Source: Syntrophorhabdaceae bacterium (GTDB lineage Bacteria > Desulfobacterota > Syntrophorhabdia > Syntrophorhabdales > Syntrophorhabdaceae). Taken from it: a DNA stretch of 64,000 nt. Numbering within the stretch: the stretch's first letter is position 1; every line of letters begins with the position of its first letter. This document shows, in pieces, positions 48,004 to 56,554 of this stretch. The DNA is taken from the NCBI GenBank assembly GCA_963666485.2, contig CAXXUO010000001.1, positions 704,001-768,000 of the forward strand. The letters are read 5' to 3'. The position numbers and the translations under genes are program-made. The notes beneath the pieces were generated by a model. That model was not told the origin of the DNA. It saw only the letters and a program-made list of their open reading frames with translations, and ran no database searches.

Positions 48004-50037
48004 ATGATGACACAGAAAGATCGGTCTCAGGCACGGACATTATCTGCTGAACCTTTTATGAAGGCGTTCTACCAGAACTCGGCTGCGGCCATGATCATCG
48101 ACCGGGATACCATGTCAATTATCGACGTCAATGAAAGCTTCCTGAGGACATTCGGGTATACGCGCGAAGAGGTCATAGGCACCACGGCGTTAAAGTTAAA
48201 TCTGTACTATGATCCGGCAGATCGCTCGGCGGTCCTCGACATGCTGAACGAGCGCGGCACTATCAGGAATTACGAGTTTACCGGGCGGGCCAAATCCGGG
48301 AAACCGGTCAATCTGCTTCTCTCGGCGGATGATGTTTCGGTCCATGGCAGCCATTATACGATCGCCTCGGGGATGGATATTACCGACCGTAAGGCGGCCG
48401 AAGAAAAATTGCGGGAAAGTGAACAAAAATACCGGACCCTCGTGGAACAGGCCGATGACGGGATCATCCTGGTACAGGACGCGGTCATGGAGTATGTCAA
48501 CCCCCGCATGGCGGACCTGCTCGGCACTACGGTGGAAGAGATCACGGGGTCCTTTATAGCCGACTATATAGATTCCGCAGATGTCGAAAAGGTGACCGAA
48601 AGGCACCGAAGACGGCTGGCCGGAGAAAAGTTTCCATCGATATATGAAGCGCTCCTGAAACGCGGCGACGGGGCACCGGTGCAAACCGAACTCAACGTCG
48701 GCCTCATCACGTACCGGGGAAGACCTGCCACGCAGGTCATCGTGCGGGACATCACGGAGCGCAAACGGATGGAGGATGACCTGCGCCGGTCCCAATACGA
48801 ACTGGAACGGCGCGTCGAAGAACGGACCGAGGAATTGCAGAAGGCGTACAACCGGCTGCTGGCGGAGATCAAACAGCGGCACGTGGCCGAGGAACAGCTT
48901 CTCCAGACACAAAAGATGGAGGCAGTCGGGAACCTTGCCGGAGGTATCGCCCACGATTTCAATAATATGCTCGCAGTCATCATTGGAAATGCCGAACTTG
49001 CCCTCGACGACGTGACGGGGCCTCCCCGGCATTTCCTCAAGCAGATCCTCAAGGCATCCGAGCGGTCCCGGGACCTGGTGCGGCAGATACTCACATTTAC
49101 CCGGAAGAACGAGGAACCGAGGGAGATCATTCACATCATACCCCTTTTGAAGGATACCGTAAAAATGCTTCGGGGCTCTATGCCGAGCACTATTCGCATC
49201 ATCCTCACTATCCGTACCGATCGGGACGCGGCCGTCGCAAACCCGTCCCAGGTACAGCAGGTCGTTATGAACCTGGCCACCAATGCCGCGCATGCGATGG
49301 AGCACGGCGGTATACTGGCGATCCGGTTGACAGAAACTACCTTCGAGGACGGGGACCGCCTTCCTGAGAAAGACATGGAGGCCGGCAGATACCTGAAGAT
49401 AAGGATCGCCGACACGGGGACAGGGATCGGGGACGATGTTCGCCAGCGGATATTCGAACCATTCTTCACTACCAAGGGCCCGGGGAAAGGGACAGGAATG
49501 GGGCTTGCGGTCGCCTTCGGTATCGTCAAGGCCCACGAAGGTGCGATAACGGTGTCGAGCAGACCGGGTAAAGGGTCGGTTTTCAGCGTATTTCTGCCGG
49601 CGTCCCGGGGGGAAACGAAAGAGGAACCCGTTCAAAGCTGGACGCTCCCGCGGGGGAAAGAATCCATCCTCGTGGTGGATGATGAACCTCTCGTGGTGGA
49701 AGCCACGTCAGAAACCCTCAAACGGCTGGGATACACGGTAACCACTGCCGAAAGCGGACCTGACGGATGGAGAAAATTCAAGAACGATCCTCGCTGCTTC
49801 GACCTTGTCATTACGGACCATGTCATGCCGGACATCACAGGGATGAGACTGGCGGAGAAAATGCTCAGAATGAGGCGTGATCTCCCCGTCATACTCTGTA
49901 CGGGTTACAGCGAGATGGTCTCCCCGGAAAAGGCGAAAGCTGTCGGTATCCGCGAGTTCCTCATGAAACCGCTTATGGTGCAGGAACTGGCATATATCGT
50001 ACGCCGGGTGCTCGATACTCAAATGTACGGGGCTTAG
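48004..50037 (+). CDS. PAS-PAS hybrid histidine kinase with C-terminal receiver
   Basis: DITDRK and DITERK PAC ends, AHDFNN, FEPFFTTK, GTGMGL, VVDDE and DHVMP; start uncertain. Confidence 0.9.
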   Translation: MMTQKDRSQARTLSAEPFMKAFYQNSAAAMIIDRDTMSIIDVNESFLRTFGYTREEVIGTTALKLNLYYDPADRSAVLDMLNERGTIRNYEFTGRAKSGKPVNLLLSADDVSVHGSHYTIASGMDITDRKAAEEKLRESEQKYRTLVEQADDGIILVQDAVMEYVNPRMADLLGTTVEEITGSFIADYIDSADVEKVTERHRRRLAGEKFPSIYEALLKRGDGAPVQTELNVGLITYRGRPATQVIVRDITERKRMEDDLRRSQYELERRVEERTEELQKAYNRLLAEIKQRHVAEEQLLQTQKMEAVGNLAGGIAHDFNNMLAVIIGNAELALDDVTGPPRHFLKQILKASERSRDLVRQILTFTRKNEEPREIIHIIPLLKDTVKMLRGSMPSTIRIILTIRTDRDAAVANPSQVQQVVMNLATNAAHAMEHGGILAIRLTETTFEDGDRLPEKDMEAGRYLKIRIADTGTGIGDDVRQRIFEPFFTTKGPGKGTGMGLAVAFGIVKAHEGAITVSSRPGKGSVFSVFLPASRGETKEEPVQSWTLPRGKESILVVDDEPLVVEATSETLKRLGYTVTTAESGPDGWRKFKNDPRCFDLVITDHVMPDITGMRLAEKMLRMRRDLPVILCTGYSEMVSPEKAKAVGIREFLMKPLMVQELAYIVRRVLDTQMYGA

Positions 50038-51563
50038 GCAAGACGCCTGTCGAGTGCGCGGTACCTGAGCGCCTCGGCGATGTGGTGCTGGTGTATCGCA
50101 ACGCTTCCCTCGAGATCGGATATGGTGCGGGCGACTTTCAGGACACGATGGTAGGCGCGCGGCGACAGGGCCCATTTTTCCACGGCGGCTATGAGCATCT
50201 TTTCTGCGCCGTCATCATGAGGACAATATTTACGGATGTCCCTCACGGACATCTGGGCGTTCGCGTATATCCTTCTCCCGGAGAAGCGCTTGCCTTGTAT
50301 ATCCCGGGCCCTTGTTATCCTTTCATTGATGATACGCGAAGGCTCCTCGTTCCCTGCGCCGGCAAGGTCGCGGATATCGACCGGCGGGACCTCGATGTGG
50401 ATATCGATCCTATCGAGCAGCGGCCCCGAGATGCGGGAGCGGTACTTGTAGATCTGCGCCGCGCCGCATGAACAGGCGTGCTTCGGATCGCCCAGGTAAC
50501 CGCACGGGCACGGGTTCATCGCAGCGACGAGCATGAACCGGGCAGGGAAATTTACCGCGTGGCTGACCCGGGATATCGTGACGTGGCCCTCTTCGATCGG
50601 CTGGCGCAGCGCATCGATCACGTGCCGCTGGAATTCGGGGAACTCGTCGAGGAAGAGGACGCCGTTATGGGCAAGGCTCACCTCGCCGGGCCTCGGTATG
50701 CTCCCGCCGCCGATAAGGCCGGCATCGGATATGCTGTGATGCGGGGCCCTGAAAGGGCGGTCCGCAATGAGCGACTGCCCGGGGCCCAAAAGGCCCGCGA
50801 TGCTGTGGATCTTTGTTGTCTCCACGGCCTCCGCATATCCCGGCCGCGGCAGAATGGACGGCAGCCGCCTCGCCAGCATCGTCTTTCCGGAACCGGGCGG
50901 CCCGACCATGATGATATTATGGGCGCCTGCCGCGGCGATCTCGAGCGCCCTTTTCGCCTGCTCCTGGCCTTTTATATCCGAAAAATCAAGGTCTTCCGCC
51001 CCGGGGTGCCCACATTCCCCGACCTCGCCGGCGGGAAATCTTTTTAAGTTTCCGTCACCCCGGAAATAGTGGAAAACCTCGAGCAGGTGGTCTGACCCCA
51101 GAACGTTTATGTCGCGTACTATCGAGGCCTCTCTGCCGTTTTCCGACGGAACGATTATGGACCCGATCTTTTCCTTCTGGCCCAGCATGGTCATGGGCAG
51201 TATCCCGCGGACGCCTTTTATGCGCCCGTCCAGGGAAAGCTCGCCGACCATGAGGTGATCGCCGAGCGGCCCGGCGCTGATCGCCCTCATCGCCGCAAGG
51301 ATGCCCACCGCTATGGGAAGGTCGAATGACGACCCTTCTTTCCGGACATCCGCCGGGGCCAGGTTGACCGTTATCCTGTCCCCCGGGAATTCGAAGCCGG
51401 CATTCCTGATCGCCGAGCGGACGCGTTCCTTGCTTTCCTTCACGGACGCCTCCGGCAGTCCTACCATGTTGAATGCAGGGAGACCATGAGCGATGTCCAC
51501 TTCGACATCGATCTTGATCCCGTCGATACCATACAGGGTGGCAGTAGGAATTCGCGCTATCAC
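50034..51563 (-). CDS. comM: YifB/ComM Mg-chelatase-like AAA+ ATPase
   Basis: VGLPEASVKES, NLAPAD, GPPGSGKT, GVLFLDE and AMNPCPCG motifs. Confidence 0.9.
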   Translation of the reverse strand: MIARIPTATLYGIDGIKIDVEVDIAHGLPAFNMVGLPEASVKESKERVRSAIRNAGFEFPGDRITVNLAPADVRKEGSSFDLPIAVGILAAMRAISAGPLGDHLMVGELSLDGRIKGVRGILPMTMLGQKEKIGSIIVPSENGREASIVRDINVLGSDHLLEVFHYFRGDGNLKRFPAGEVGECGHPGAEDLDFSDIKGQEQAKRALEIAAAGAHNIIMVGPPGSGKTMLARRLPSILPRPGYAEAVETTKIHSIAGLLGPGQSLIADRPFRAPHHSISDAGLIGGGSIPRPGEVSLAHNGVLFLDEFPEFQRHVIDALRQPIEEGHVTISRVSHAVNFPARFMLVAAMNPCPCGYLGDPKHACSCGAAQIYKYRSRISGPLLDRIDIHIEVPPVDIRDLAGAGNEEPSRIINERITRARDIQGKRFSGRRIYANAQMSVRDIRKYCPHDDGAEKMLIAAVEKWALSPRAYHRVLKVARTISDLEGSVAIHQHHIAEALRYRALDRRLA

Positions 51564-51690
51564 AGGTAAACCTCTCCCCGATAATTTATGCTGATCCTTC
51601 ATATTACTTTTCGCGAGGCTAAAAAGTCCCGAAAGGGCACAGATCTTTTTCAGGTGGAAAGGGCGGAGCCTTACGCTGCCGGATATTGCG

Positions 51691-52803
51691 CTATTTTTCC
51701 CGGCTTTTTTCTGAAACTAACTGTTTGATGCGGCGGACGTCCTGGCCCCTTTTTCCATCACACACGAGGATGCCGTTGCGGCACGCCACGACGACGATAT
51801 CGGACAAGCCGATAACCGCGACCGGTGTGTCGCCGGAAATTATGACGGAGTTCGAGGTGTCGATAACCACGGCGCCGTCCTTCACGATGTTGCCGTCTCT
51901 GTCGGTTGGAAGGACCCTGCGAAGAGCACTGAAGGTCCCGATGTCATCCCATGAAAATGTGGCCGGCATGACAAGCACGTTGCCTGCTTTTTCCATCAGG
52001 CCGTAATCGATCGAGATCTTTTCGAGGCCGGCGAAAATAGCATGTGCCTTCCCGGGCATACCTGACCGGGCGGCTTTCCGGTAGGCCATGATCCCCTCGT
52101 GCAGGCCGGGCATATGGGCCTTAAGGGAATCAAGGAACACCCGGGCCCGCCAGACAAAGATCCCGGCATTCCAGTAATAGACGCCTTCCCTGATGTACCG
52201 CCGGGCCCTGGCGATCTTTGGCTTTTCGACGTACCGGTCGACCTCGAAACACTCCGTCCCGTGCGGCAGCGCAACGGGCGCACCTCTCTTGATATACCCG
52301 TATCCAGTCTCGGGCCTCGTGGGGGTTATGCCGATCGTGATGAGATCATCGCGGCTTTGGGCCGCTCGTATTGCCTTTTTCAGCAGGGCCAGGAAGTTCT
52401 TTTCATCGGGCACGAAATGATCGGACGGCAGAACGACCATGACGGCATCCGGGTTTTTGGACGTCACTATGGTCGCCGCCAGGCTGATGCACGGCGCGGT
52501 GTCGCGTTCGACCGGCTCGATTATGAAATTCTCCGGGGGTATATCAGGCAGGCAGGTACGGGCGACGGGGAGGTGCACCTTTCCCAGGACGATGAATATA
52601 TGGTCGATCGGGACCATCCTTTTTGCCCTTTCGACGGTCAATTCGATGAGGGTCTTCTTCCCGACGAGGCTGATGAAAGGCTTCGGGACGGCCTCGGTGC
52701 TGAGCGGCCAGAAACGTTCCCCCCGGCCTCCCGCCATGACGACGAAAAAAACATCGCCGGTTATCGCAGCTTTTTTTCGTGCGCCGTCCTGTGTGTTATT
52801 CAT
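51691..52803 (-). CDS. manC: Mannose-1-phosphate guanylyltransferase
   Basis: MAGGRGERFWPLS, PSDH, PETGYGYI, VEKP, WNAG and SIDY motifs. Confidence 0.9.
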   Translation of the reverse strand: MNNTQDGARKKAAITGDVFFVVMAGGRGERFWPLSTEAVPKPFISLVGKKTLIELTVERAKRMVPIDHIFIVLGKVHLPVARTCLPDIPPENFIIEPVERDTAPCISLAATIVTSKNPDAVMVVLPSDHFVPDEKNFLALLKKAIRAAQSRDDLITIGITPTRPETGYGYIKRGAPVALPHGTECFEVDRYVEKPKIARARRYIREGVYYWNAGIFVWRARVFLDSLKAHMPGLHEGIMAYRKAARSGMPGKAHAIFAGLEKISIDYGLMEKAGNVLVMPATFSWDDIGTFSALRRVLPTDRDGNIVKDGAVVIDTSNSVIISGDTPVAVIGLSDIVVVACRNGILVCDGKRGQDVRRIKQLVSEKSREK

Positions 52804-52841
52804 TTTCTAAAACCTTTCAGGCCCTTCCTTCATGAGATACC

Positions 52842-53576
52842 TTACAAGAATTGTAACACATGCGGCAGGATCTCCGATGCGGTCCCCTTGAGAAAATGAT
52901 CGGTGATCGAGGATGTAAAGGGCGTTTTTTCAACATTGATCTCTATTATGACCGCCCCGTTCGATTTTGCCTGGTAGGGTATGTCGGCCGCCGGGTAGAC
53001 CACGCCTGACGTGCCTATGATAAGCATTACCCTGCACCTGTCCGCCTCGTCATTCGCGCGCATCATTTCCGACATCGGGATCCCCTCGCCAAAAAATACC
53101 ACGTCGGGTTTCAGGGCCTTTCCGCATGTCTCACACCGGGGATAGGGATGCACTGCGGCCGATTCAGGAGTGAAGGGAAGCCTTTTCTGGCAATCCATGC
53201 ACACGAGCCAGCGGTGGTTCCCGTGATATTCGATCACGTTGGTGTTGCCGGCCTCCTGGTGCAGGCCGTCGACATTCTGCGTGATGACCGCCTTGAGGTA
53301 GCCCATTTTTTCGAGACTGGCAAGGGCCTTATGGGCCGGCGACGGCGCGGACGAAAAAACGACGGATGCCATGTCCCGCAGCATGATCCACACCTTTTCC
53401 GGATGCCGCATAAAGGCTGATATCTGGGCATACTCCATCGGGTCGTATTTTTCCCAGAGCCCCTGCCCGCCGCGAAAGGCCGGGATGCCGGCATCGACGG
53501 ATATCCCGGCACCCGTAAAAGCTACCAGGTATTTCTTTTCTTTTATTATATCGGCTATTTTCTTGTAATCTTCCAT
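52842..53576 (-). CDS. cobB: NAD-dependent sirtuin deacylase
   Basis: TGAGIS, TQNVDGLH, HG, two CxxC, KPDVVFFGE and GTSGVVYPA. Confidence 0.92.
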   Translation of the reverse strand: MEDYKKIADIIKEKKYLVAFTGAGISVDAGIPAFRGGQGLWEKYDPMEYAQISAFMRHPEKVWIMLRDMASVVFSSAPSPAHKALASLEKMGYLKAVITQNVDGLHQEAGNTNVIEYHGNHRWLVCMDCQKRLPFTPESAAVHPYPRCETCGKALKPDVVFFGEGIPMSEMMRANDEADRCRVMLIIGTSGVVYPAADIPYQAKSNGAVIIEINVEKTPFTSSITDHFLKGTASEILPHVLQFL

Positions 53577-53613
53577 TCCCTGCTCCATAAAACAATGATC
53601 CCCGTCCTGCTTC

Positions 53614-54591
53614 TTAACCGGCTTTCCAGCCTTTATGAATGTCCTTGAATGCCGGTACGAGGCCAAAACCATCGGCCTTTTTTATTGCCCTTTTGATCGC
53701 CTCGGCGACGACGAATTCGGCAAGTACCCCGACCTTGTTGATATCGGCTTCGATATCGCCGAGCGACAGGGCAAAAACAAGGTCCCCGTCAAACGTGGTG
53801 TGAACGGGACTGATCGTCTTTATAAGCCCGGCCTGGGCCATCTGGGCAACCTTCGTAATATCCCTCTTCGCGAATTTGGCATTTGTCGCCACCACGCCGA
53901 GGGTCGTATTGACGAGGGCAAACTTTTGCTTCACGATCCCCTGCTTGAGGGAATTGGCGGTATTCGCGAATTCCATGCTGTCCTCGGATTTTCTCAGGCC
54001 CGCGATTATCCTGCCCGTTATGTTGTCGATGATGTCCCCGAAGGCGTTGACGGTGACGAGGGCGCCGACCCGGAGCCCGTCGGGCATGGCGACGCTGCAC
54101 GTTCCCAGCCCGCCCTTCATCGCGCGTGACGTCTCGAAAAGTTTTCCGATGACCGCACCGACCCCGGCGCCGACGGAGCCTTCCGGTACTTCTTCCTGCG
54201 CGTTCAGGCATGCCGCATACCCCATCTGTGACGTAGGACGGACCGTGTGGTCCCCGAAAAGAAGGTCGAATATGACCGCGGTCGGTACTATGGGCACGCG
54301 CGTGATCCCCACGTCGAACCCGACCCCTTTTTCCTCGAGGTATTTCGATACCCCCGAGGCGGCGTCGAGGCCGAACGAACTGCCTCCCGACAGGACGATC
54401 GCGTGAATGCGGTCCACAATATGGCCCGGGCTCAAGGCATCGACCTGCCGCGTACCGGCCGCGCTTCCGCGCACGTCGATACCGGCAACGGCCCCTTCTT
54501 CGCAGAGTATGACCGTACAGCCGGTCATGCCGTTAAAGTCCGAGGCATGCCCGACCTTGATCCCCGGTACATCGGTTATTGCATTAAACAT
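53614..54591 (-). CDS. P1/S58 family peptidase (DmpA-like)
   Basis: ITDVPGIKVGH, LSGGSSFGL, NTTL and HTTFDGD motifs. Confidence 0.88.
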   Translation of the reverse strand: MFNAITDVPGIKVGHASDFNGMTGCTVILCEEGAVAGIDVRGSAAGTRQVDALSPGHIVDRIHAIVLSGGSSFGLDAASGVSKYLEEKGVGFDVGITRVPIVPTAVIFDLLFGDHTVRPTSQMGYAACLNAQEEVPEGSVGAGVGAVIGKLFETSRAMKGGLGTCSVAMPDGLRVGALVTVNAFGDIIDNITGRIIAGLRKSEDSMEFANTANSLKQGIVKQKFALVNTTLGVVATNAKFAKRDITKVAQMAQAGLIKTISPVHTTFDGDLVFALSLGDIEADINKVGVLAEFVVAEAIKRAIKKADGFGLVPAFKDIHKGWKAG

Positions 54592-54618
54592 GGAAGATCA
54601 CCTCGAATGATTGATTGA

Positions 54619-55125
54619 TCAGGTACCCAATTTTTTTCTCATGTTCGCCGACTTTTGTTCATTTTCCCGTTTGAGGTCTTTTTTCAGCCGTGCAAGGGAA
54701 GCCGCGATGTCCTCATACTTGATGGAAAGTATCTGGCTTGCAAGTATCGCGGCATTTTTTCCGGCGTCTATGCCGACGGACGCAACCGGTACCCCGGGGG
54801 GCATCTGCACTATCGAATAGAGCGCGTCCTTACCCTTGAGCATCCCGCTCGACGCAGGGACCCCGATGACCGGCAGCGTGGTATGGGATGCGATCACACC
54901 GGGAAGATGCGCCGCCATGCCGGCGACGGCGATAATGACCTCTATCCCCTGCCTGCGCGCATTTTTCGCATACCTGACGGTCTTTTCCGGGTTGCGGTGC
55001 GCGGACGATATATCGATCACGTACGGTATCTGTGCCTTTGCCAGGAATTTCAGGCCGTCTTCCATGATCTTGATATCGCTGTCGCTTCCGAGAAGCACCA
55101 GGACCTTCGGTTTCTGCATATTCAC
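54619..55125 (-). CDS. purE: N5-CAIR mutase
   Basis: GSDSD, SAHR, AGMAAHLPG and SIVQMPPGVPV motifs. Confidence 0.95.
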   Translation of the reverse strand: MNMQKPKVLVLLGSDSDIKIMEDGLKFLAKAQIPYVIDISSAHRNPEKTVRYAKNARRQGIEVIIAVAGMAAHLPGVIASHTTLPVIGVPASSGMLKGKDALYSIVQMPPGVPVASVGIDAGKNAAILASQILSIKYEDIAASLARLKKDLKRENEQKSANMRKKLGT

Positions 55126-55198
55126 CCCTTAAGGGACCATATTTTCAACTCGTGTGAGTAAATTAATACCATATTTGCGCGCAATACTGAAGAAAGAT

Positions 55199-55296
55199 AG
55201 TTCAAGGTTCAAAGTTCAAGGTTCAAAGAAAAAAAAGACCCCTCCGTTACTGCGGCCGTTTTTTGTCTTTTTCTTTGAACCTTGAACCTTGAACTT
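55199..55296. repeat. Inverted heptamer arrays (GGTTCAA)n / (TTGAACC)n
   Basis: Same unit at 56029-56211 and 62466-62599. Confidence 0.88.
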
Positions 55297-55332
55297 GTTT
55301 TTTTAGTACCAATATGCAACTGATATAGAAGC

Positions 55333-56022
55333 ATGGCAAAAAAAGAAACACTGGCAATGGTCCCCCTGTTCCGGGGGCTGTCTGAGAAACAGCTTGACCT
55401 GATGGGCGAGGCCTTCCCCAGGAAGCTGTACTCTCCGTCCCAGATCATCTTTTCGGAAGGCGAACCGGCTTCCGGGTTCTACATCCTGCTCTCCGGGAGG
55501 CTCAAGATATATAAGCTCTCTCTGGAAGGCAAAGAGCAGATCCTCCACATTATCGAGCCGGGCGAACCTTTTGCGGAGGTGGCGCTCTTCTCCGAAACGA
55601 AATTTCCCGCATATGCCGAGGCGATCGAAAAAAGCGAGGTCATGTTCCTGTCCCGCAACGCCTTTCGCCAACTGATCGGCAACGACCCATCCATAGCGAT
55701 GAACATGCTGGCGATCCTCTCGCACCGGCTCAAATATTTTACCCGCCTCATAGAAGACCTGTCCCTGAAAGAGGTCCCCCAGAGACTGGCCGCGTACCTC
55801 CTGTTCCTGGCGAAGCATGACGGCTCTTCGACATATTCGCAGGTGGCCCTTGGCATTTCGAAAGGTCAGCTCGCCAGCCTTCTTGGCACGATACCCGAGA
55901 CACTGTCGAGGATCATGGCAAAGATGGCAGGCCAGGGCCTGATAGACGTGCACGGCAGGAAAATAACGCTGCTCGATCCCACCACCCTTGAACTCCTGGC
56001 GCACGGGAAACGCACGCTCTAA
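55333..56022 (+). CDS. Crp/Fnr family regulator (HcpR/Dnr-like)
   Basis: cNMP-fold GKEQIL...FAEVALF; HTH LGTIPETLSR; no FNR Cys cluster. Confidence 0.9.
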   Translation: MAKKETLAMVPLFRGLSEKQLDLMGEAFPRKLYSPSQIIFSEGEPASGFYILLSGRLKIYKLSLEGKEQILHIIEPGEPFAEVALFSETKFPAYAEAIEKSEVMFLSRNAFRQLIGNDPSIAMNMLAILSHRLKYFTRLIEDLSLKEVPQRLAAYLLFLAKHDGSSTYSQVALGISKGQLASLLGTIPETLSRIMAKMAGQGLIDVHGRKITLLDPTTLELLAHGKRTL

Positions 56023-56028
56023 AAGACG

Positions 56029-56211
56029 GTTCAAGGTTCAAGGTTCAAGGTTCAGTGAAAAAAATAGAAACGGTTAAATTCAAAGAAAAGTGCCCGTTAA
56101 AATAGATTTTTCAAAGAACAATTTTTGTTAACTGAAGACGTTGTCTATAAAGATTCCCATCAATTTTTTTCTTTTGTTTTTCCCTTGAACTTTGAACCTT
56201 GAACCTTGAAC
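56029..56211. repeat. Inverted heptamer arrays (GGTTCAA)n / (TTGAACC)n around an AT-rich spacer
   Basis: Seen directly. Confidence 0.88.
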
Positions 56212-56225
56212 TATTTTTACCCCGG

Positions 56226-56253
56226 TTGACGCTTCTCAAACCGGTGTTATACT
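56226..56253 (+). promoter_or_regulatory. Sigma70 promoter TTGACG-16-TATACT (extended -10) overlapped by an FNR/HcpR-like palindrome
   Basis: TTGAC-GCTT-CTCAA at 56226-56239; TGtTATACT at 56245-56253. Confidence 0.65.
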
Positions 56254-56304
56254 TAAATTATATTTACGTGTACCGGCAGTATGCATATGAGGAGGTGATG
56301 ATCT

Positions 56305-56427
56305 ATGAAAAAAGTGGATGATGCAAGGATGCTGAAGAAGGAAGCCATGTTCTGGCGCGGCATCAAGGAAGCGCTTGCAAAGGACAGCACCAGGAAATGC
56401 CACAAATGAAAGTCCTGAAAGGGTTAG
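56305..56427 (+). CDS. Putative selenocysteine-containing RiPP precursor MKKVDDARMLKKEAMFWRGIKEALAKDSTRKCHKUKSUKG
   Basis: AGGAGGT RBS at 56290-56296; in-frame TGA at 56407 and 56416 in register with Cys32; TAG stop; SECIS-like hairpin right after; radical SAM/SPASM gene downstream. Confidence 0.8.
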
Positions 56428-56428
56428 A

Positions 56429-56446
56429 CGTTGCAGGTCTGCAACG
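56429..56446 (+). promoter_or_regulatory. Bacterial SECIS-like hairpin CGTTGCA-GGTC-TGCAACG
   Basis: Contains GTTGCAGGTCTGCA, matching the E. coli fdhF SECIS upper stem-loop as I recall it; starts 10 nt after the second TGA. Confidence 0.78.
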
Positions 56447-56455
56447 CGAATTGAA

Positions 56456-56502
56456 AACAGGCAGCCTGTATCGATCTTACAGATCGGGCTGCCTGTTCAT
56501 TT
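56456..56502 (+). terminator. Intergenic stem-loop (attenuator/mRNA stabiliser) between precursor and maturase
   Basis: AACAGGCAGCCTG...CGGGCTGCCTGTT followed by a weak T-tract (cattt). Confidence 0.65.
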
Positions 56503-56554
56503 GAGATCTTTCCCCCATGACCCGTACCGGGCGACACGCGAAAAGGATGCATTC

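Noticed and set aside
56375..56554. ORF-track N-terminal extension of the radical SAM protein
   Set aside because: It overlaps the peptide ORF, SECIS and hairpin. ATG 56555 has an AAGGA RBS and gives a normal rSAM N-terminus.
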